Below, one piece after another: positions 59,046-64,000 of a DNA stretch of 64,000 nt (positions are counted from its first letter, which is position 1; every line of letters begins with the position of its first letter). Origin of the DNA: an uncultured Gemmatimonadales bacterium (GTDB taxonomy: Bacteria; Gemmatimonadota; Gemmatimonadetes; Longimicrobiales; Gaopeijiaceae); contig CAWELD010000010.1 of assembly GCA_963809895.1 (NCBI GenBank), positions 896,001 through 960,000 of the forward strand. Direction: 5' to 3'. The notes below the pieces were generated by a model. The model ran no database searches and had not been told where the DNA came from. It was given only the letters and a program-made list of their open reading frames with translations. The position numbers and the translations under genes were made by a program.

Positions 59046-61421
59046 ATGCTGACTCTCCTTCTCGCGCTCCAGCTCGCCGCCGCCCCACCTGCATCTCGCC
59101 CGCTGGGCGAGGTCGGTGCCGCGGCCGATACCAGTTCGGTCTATCGCGGCCGTGACGATGCCATCGCGGTGGAGCCGCCCCGCCTGGAAGCCGATGCGAC
59201 GATCGACGGGGTCCTGGACGAGGACGTCTGGTCCCGGGCCGCCGTCCTGACGGGCTTCTCCCAGTATCAGCCGGTGGACGGGCTGCCTGCCGACGACGAC
59301 ACCGAGGTGCTGGTCTGGTACTCGCCGGACGCGCTCTATCTCGGCGTCCGGGCGCACGAGCCCCATGCCCCGGTGAACGCCACCCTGGCGGACCGTGACA
59401 AGATCTTCGGTGACGACTACGTGCAGATACTGCTGGACCCCTTCCACGATGGCCGGCGCGCGCTGCTCTTCGCCGTGAATCCCCTGGGGGTGCAGGCCGA
59501 CGGGACGCAGACCGAGGAGGAGCGCGCTCGTTCGGGGATGTTCAGCGCCGAGGAGGCCAGCGCCAGGATCGACCTGAGCCCCGACTATCTCTTCCAGTCG
59601 AAGGGACGTCTGGTGGACGGCGGCTACGAGGTGGAGATCCGGGTTCCGTTCAAGAGCCTGCGCTTTCCGTCGGCCCAGCCCCAGACCTGGGGCATCAACG
59701 TCCTGCGCCGCGTCCAGCATGCCGGACAGATGCAGAGCTGGACCCGCGTCCGGCGGGGCGAGACCTCGTTCCTGGCTCAGGGCGGCACCCTGGAAGGAAT
59801 GTCGGGCATGGACCGGGGATTGGTGGTGGACGTGAACCCCGTGGTGACCAGCCAGACGCTGGGCACGCCCGATGCCACGGGGGCGTGGGACTACGACCGT
59901 CAGGCCAGCCAATGGGGACTGAACACCCGCTGGGGGGTGACCACCGACCTCACGCTGAACGGCACGGTGAATCCCGATTTCTCCCAGGTGGAGGCCGACG
60001 TCCAGCAGATCCAGTTCGATCCGCGGGCCGGGCTCTCCTATCCGGAGAAGCGTCCGTTCTTCCTGGAGGGCGCCGAGCAGTTCTCCGCACCGGGAGGGCT
60101 CATCTACACGCGTCGGATCGTGGACCCGTCGGCCGCGGTCAAGCTGGCCGGCAAGATGGGCGGCATGGACGTGGGATTCCTGTCCGCCGTGGACGACCGG
60201 TCGCTGTCGGCCTCCGGTGAGGACCGCCCGTTGTACAACATCCTGCGCGTACGCCGGGGCGTCGGGGAGCGCTCCACCCTGGGGCTCACCTACACCGACC
60301 GCGTGGCCGGAAGCGACTACAACCGTGTCGCGTCGGTGGATGGCCGGCTCATCTCCGGGGCGTACACGCTTACCGGACAGTTGGCCGGGAGTCGCACGCG
60401 AGCCGGCGACGAGGTGACGACGGCCCCCATGTGGAGCCTCCAGCTCCAGCGCGCGGGGCGGGAGTTCGGCTGGTCGCTGTCGGGGTCGGCCATGTCGCCC
60501 GACTTCCAGGCAGGGAGCGGCTTCATCCGCCGTCCCGGGATCGCCAGCTTCAGCTTCAGCCCGCGCGTGACCCGCTTCGGATCGGCGGGATCACGCCTGG
60601 AGAGTTGGGGCACCAGCCTTCTGCTCAACGGCGTGTGGCTCTACGACCGGCTGGGGGAGAGACAGGCCGACGAGGCCAAGCTCCATATCAACAACACGCT
60701 CACCTTCCGCGGCGGGTGGACGTTGGGCGCTTCCTTCCTGCTCGAGGCATTCCGCCTCCCGCCGGACCTCTACGACGGCTACGCCATCGATCTCGGGTCG
60801 GACACGGTGCCCTTCGTCGGGCGTCCCACCATCAACAACTACGACTTCGTCCTGAACCTCTCCACGCCCCAGTTCCCCACCTTCTCCATGAACGGGTTCG
60901 TGATCCTGGGTCGGGACGAGAACTTCTCCGAGTGGGCGCCCGGATACCTGCTCTGGACCGAGACCACGGCGAACTGGCGGCCCACGGAGCGGGTGCGGGT
61001 CGAGGCCCGCTACAGCGAGAACCGCGTGATGAGGCCCGCCGACTGGAGCGACGTGAGCCTGACCCGGGTGCCGCGCCTCAAGGTCGAATACCAGCTCGCG
61101 CGGCCCGTCTTTCTGCGGTTGGTGGGACAGTACGTGTCGCGGGAGCAGGACGATCTGCGCGACGACGGGCGGACGGATCGGCCACTGTTGCGGCCCGACC
61201 CGGACACCGGCGAGTACGTACCCATCACCGGGTGGAGGTCCAACGGCCTCAGGGTCGACTGGCTGTTCTCGTATCAACCGAGCCCGGGCACGGTGATCTT
61301 CGCCGGCTACGGGAGCACGATGGAGGAGGACCGGGCCTTCCGCTTCGACGGACTGACCCGGCAGCAGGACGCGTTCTTCGTGAAGCTATCGTACTTGTTC
61401 CGCACAGGGGGGGGAGGATGA
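59046..61421 (+). CDS. DUF5916 / CBM9-like domain outer-membrane protein
   Basis: IDGVLDEDVW, ALYLGV, FAVNPLGVQAD, EIRVPFKSLRF, TVNPDFSQVEAD, PEKRPFFLEG, FFVKLSYLF. Confidence 0.85.
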   Translation: MLTLLLALQLAAAPPASRPLGEVGAAADTSSVYRGRDDAIAVEPPRLEADATIDGVLDEDVWSRAAVLTGFSQYQPVDGLPADDDTEVLVWYSPDALYLGVRAHEPHAPVNATLADRDKIFGDDYVQILLDPFHDGRRALLFAVNPLGVQADGTQTEEERARSGMFSAEEASARIDLSPDYLFQSKGRLVDGGYEVEIRVPFKSLRFPSAQPQTWGINVLRRVQHAGQMQSWTRVRRGETSFLAQGGTLEGMSGMDRGLVVDVNPVVTSQTLGTPDATGAWDYDRQASQWGLNTRWGVTTDLTLNGTVNPDFSQVEADVQQIQFDPRAGLSYPEKRPFFLEGAEQFSAPGGLIYTRRIVDPSAAVKLAGKMGGMDVGFLSAVDDRSLSASGEDRPLYNILRVRRGVGERSTLGLTYTDRVAGSDYNRVASVDGRLISGAYTLTGQLAGSRTRAGDEVTTAPMWSLQLQRAGREFGWSLSGSAMSPDFQAGSGFIRRPGIASFSFSPRVTRFGSAGSRLESWGTSLLLNGVWLYDRLGERQADEAKLHINNTLTFRGGWTLGASFLLEAFRLPPDLYDGYAIDLGSDTVPFVGRPTINNYDFVLNLSTPQFPTFSMNGFVILGRDENFSEWAPGYLLWTETTANWRPTERVRVEARYSENRVMRPADWSDVSLTRVPRLKVEYQLARPVFLRLVGQYVSREQDDLRDDGRTDRPLLRPDPDTGEYVPITGWRSNGLRVDWLFSYQPSPGTVIFAGYGSTMEEDRAFRFDGLTRQQDAFFVKLSYLFRTGGGG

Positions 61422-62222
61422 GGATGACGATGAAGACTGGATGGGTCGCGGTGCCGGTTCTGGCGGTGCTGTTCGCGGCACCGCTGAAGGGCAGGGCCCA
61501 GCGAGCGGCCATGGCGCCGGCGGACGGCCGGGACGGTGATCCGGAGGATGCACGATCGCTACGCGGGGCAGTGGTATCCCCACCTCACCTTCCGGCAGCG
61601 GAGCGACTTCTACGCCGAAGGCGCGGTGAGCCGCACCGAGACCTGGTACGAGGCGCTGTCCGTGCCCGGGCGCCTGCGGATCTCCATCGGCGACGTGTCC
61701 GGCAAGAACGGTATCCTCTTCCGCGCCGACAGCCAGTACGTCTACCAGGAGGGCGCCCTGGCGGCGGCCCGGCCCACCATCCACCCGCTCCTCGTGCTGG
61801 GCTTCGACGTGTACGGCCAGTCTCCCGAGCGGACCGTGGAGCAGCTTCGGCGGCTCGGCATGAAGCTCGACCAGGTCGGAACCACCTCGGACGAAGGCCA
61901 CACGTATTGGCGGGTGGGAGACGCCGACGAGGGTGGGGAGTTCTGGATCGACCCCGAGACGCTGACCTTCGACCGGCTCATCCGCATGACGCCGGCGGGA
62001 GCCCGCACGGTGACGCGCTTTCTCGACTACGAGCAGATGGCCGGTGGCTGGGTGGCGAAGCGCGTGGAGTTCACCACCGACGGGGCGCTGACCCTGGTGG
62101 AGACGTACCACGAGCTGGAGACGCCCACGTCGCTCCCGGCCGCGATCTACCAGCCCTCGGGCTCGCTGTCGGCCGACGTGGTGCCGTGGACTCCCGGCGG
62201 TGGAGGCGGCGAGGGGCGCTGA
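61418..62222 (+). CDS. Secreted hypothetical protein (LolA-like fold possible); frameshift ~61530
   Basis: Signal MKTGWVAVPVLAVLFAA..AQ joins to VIRRMHDRYAGQWYPHLTFRQ..TWYEALSVPGRLRI..FWIDPETL. Confidence 0.65.
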
Positions 62223-62245
62223 GGGTCAAGGGCGGGAGCTCGACC

Positions 62246-63436
62246 TCAGGACAGGGGCGTCAGCCGCAACATCACGACGCCGTGTGACGGGACCATGGCC
62301 TGGTACCGGCCGGCGTGCACTCCCCGGTCCTCGTGGGCCCACAGATCCCGGACGCGCACCGAGTCGCTGTCGAGCCCCGTGCGCCCGAAGCTCACCGTGA
62401 TGGGTGTCGGCACGGTAGCGCGGTTCAGGAGCGCCACGGCGCGGGATCCATCGGCCAGCGGCCTGGACCAGACCTGGAGCTCGGGCGGGTAGTTCTGGAC
62501 GATTCGGCCCTGCACGCCCAGGGAGTCCTGATCCACCGCGATGACCTCCTGGTTGGTGAGGATATCGCGGGTGGCCGCGGTGCGGCGGCCCTCGTCCATG
62601 AGGTCCCGCAGGTCGTTTCCGGCCATGAGCGGGGCGGCCATGATGGCCCACATGCTGAAGTGGGCGCGGTACTCGTCGTTGGTCATGCCACCGTTCCCGA
62701 CCTCGAGCATATCCGGATCGTTCCAGGCGCCGGGTCCGGCGGCGCGCCAGTACTGGGACGAGCGATCCAGGATCGACAGGACGCTCTCCCAGCGATCCGA
62801 GATGTCGCCGGTGGTGCGCCACAGATTGCCCGTCGCGGGACCCCAGTCCCAGGGCTCGTTCGTGCCCCATTCGCAGATGCTGAAGGCGATATCGCGGCCC
62901 GACGCCAGCAGGGCGTCGCGAACCACGGCGTAGCGTTCGCGGGCGTCAAGCCCCTGGGAGTTGCACCAGTCCACCTTCACGTAGTCCACACCCCACTCGG
63001 CGTAGGTGCGCGCGTCCTGCATCTCGTGCCCGTAGGAGCCAGGGCGCCCCTGGCAGGTACGCCGTCCCGCGTCGGTGTAGATCCCGAACTTGAGCCCGAG
63101 CCCGTGCACGTAGTCGGCCAGGGCCTGCATGCCCTCGGGAAAGCGCTCGGGATCGGGTACGATGCGACCGTCGGCGTCGCGCGCCACCTGCCAGCAGTCG
63201 TCGATGACCACGTACTCGTATCCGGCGTCGCGCATTCCGCTCTTCACCATGGCGTCGGCGGTCTCCCGGATCAGCTCGGAGCTCACGTCGCAGTGGAAGT
63301 GGTTCCAGCTGTTCCAGCCCATGGGTGGCGTGCGGGCGAGCCCGTTGTCACCGGGTGCGAAGCGGGCGCCCAGGAGCGCCGCCAGACCCACGGCGGAGGT
63401 CGCGAGGATCATGGACAGCGGTCGGACGCGAAGCAT
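62246..63436 (-). CDS. GH27 alpha-galactosidase
   Basis: LARTPPMGWNSWN, VIDDCWQ, YVKVDWC, SICEWG, WRTTGDI, WNDPDMLEVG, APLMAGND. Confidence 0.95.
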   Translation of the reverse strand: MLRVRPLSMILATSAVGLAALLGARFAPGDNGLARTPPMGWNSWNHFHCDVSSELIRETADAMVKSGMRDAGYEYVVIDDCWQVARDADGRIVPDPERFPEGMQALADYVHGLGLKFGIYTDAGRRTCQGRPGSYGHEMQDARTYAEWGVDYVKVDWCNSQGLDARERYAVVRDALLASGRDIAFSICEWGTNEPWDWGPATGNLWRTTGDISDRWESVLSILDRSSQYWRAAGPGAWNDPDMLEVGNGGMTNDEYRAHFSMWAIMAAPLMAGNDLRDLMDEGRRTAATRDILTNQEVIAVDQDSLGVQGRIVQNYPPELQVWSRPLADGSRAVALLNRATVPTPITVSFGRTGLDSDSVRVRDLWAHEDRGVHAGRYQAMVPSHGVVMLRLTPLS

Positions 63437-63677
63437 GGCACTCCCTCTCAGCTTCCACCGGAGCAGCCCGGCAGCTGGAACGCTCCGATGCGGGTGGAAT
63501 AGGTCTCGGCGCCTTCTCGGCGGGATTGCGTCCGAACGGGCGAGTCATGCGCCGACCATAGAGGAGGGAGCGACAGCGGGCAACCGCATCGCATCGGCGA
63601 CTGCGCTACCGGGCGTCATGAATCGGGGCGCTCGATCGTTCGATGGTCTCGACAACGCTGATCATGGAGAGGACCTC

Positions 63678-64000
63678 ATGCCATACATCCGTCGGGCTGC
63701 CGTCATCGTCGCGGCCCTCATCCCGTTTCTGGCCGACGCTGCGCCCGCATTCGCGCAGATCCGCGCGAGCGAACGAGCTTCGGTATCGCAGACGCTGGAC
63801 GGTACGACCCTCACGTTGACCTATTCCCGACCCTCCGCCCGCGGAAGGAAGCTGTTCGGTGCCCTGGTTCCGTGGGGCGTCGTCTGGACGCCGGGGGCGA
63901 ACTGGGCCACGACGCTGGAAACGAATCGCGATATCCGAATCGAAGGTACGGCGGTGCCAGCGGGCCGCTATTCGGTGTGGATGATCCCCCGTGAGGATCG
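63678..64000 (+). CDS. DUF2911 domain protein (partial, runs off the right edge)
   Basis: Manual translation: MPYIRRAAV..AFAQIRASERASVSQTLDGTTLTLTYSRPSARGRKLFGALVPWGVVWTPGANWATT..VPAGRYSVWMIP. Confidence 0.85.
   Translation, partial: MPYIRRAAVIVAALIPFLADAAPAFAQIRASERASVSQTLDGTTLTLTYSRPSARGRKLFGALVPWGVVWTPGANWATTLETNRDIRIEGTAVPAGRYSVWMIPRED

Noticed and set aside
61407..61414. G8 tract as a phase-variation site
   Set aside because: Lies in the last codons/RBS region, is short, and homopolymers are unreliable in this assembly
1..64000. CRISPR arrays, tRNA/rRNA, IS elements, retron/DGR components
   Set aside because: No regularly spaced repeats, RNA gene signatures, transposase or reverse transcriptase motifs seen by eye

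Overview
High-GC (~70%) bacterial genomic window, most likely Gemmatimonadota (Longimicrobiales-like) or Acidobacteriota. This is inferred from gene content: ADOP permeases with PadR, VPS10/BNR glycosidase-like proteins, DUF5916, DUF2911 and an M16 pair. About 48 genes can be supported; no rRNA, tRNA, CRISPR array or IS element was seen. Several genes carry single-base frameshifts, densest at ~7.7-8.6 kb and ~36.7-39.5 kb, which look like long-read consensus errors rather than true decay. The most interesting loci are: (1) a His/Met/Cys-rich secretory leader ORF ending in a QAPP arrest-like motif, followed by alternative hairpin/anti-SD pairings and an OprC-like TonB receptor lacking the canonical plug Cys (a CruR/CutF-type metal-sensing switch); (2) a 1193-aa orphan Tat lipoprotein with degenerate transglutaminase-like, jelly-roll, VWA and hydrophobic C-terminal modules; (3) a signalling island of two paralogous GAF-GAF-PAS kinases, a single-domain response regulator and a membrane HisKA-HisKA-REC-degenerate cyclase; (4) a 9-gene CDP-sugar/C-methyl/aminotransferase/DUF4910/PIG-L/GT2/ATP-grasp glycan-modification operon; (5) a truncated WYL gene next to higBA. 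All family assignments come from motif recognition by eye; no database search was run.
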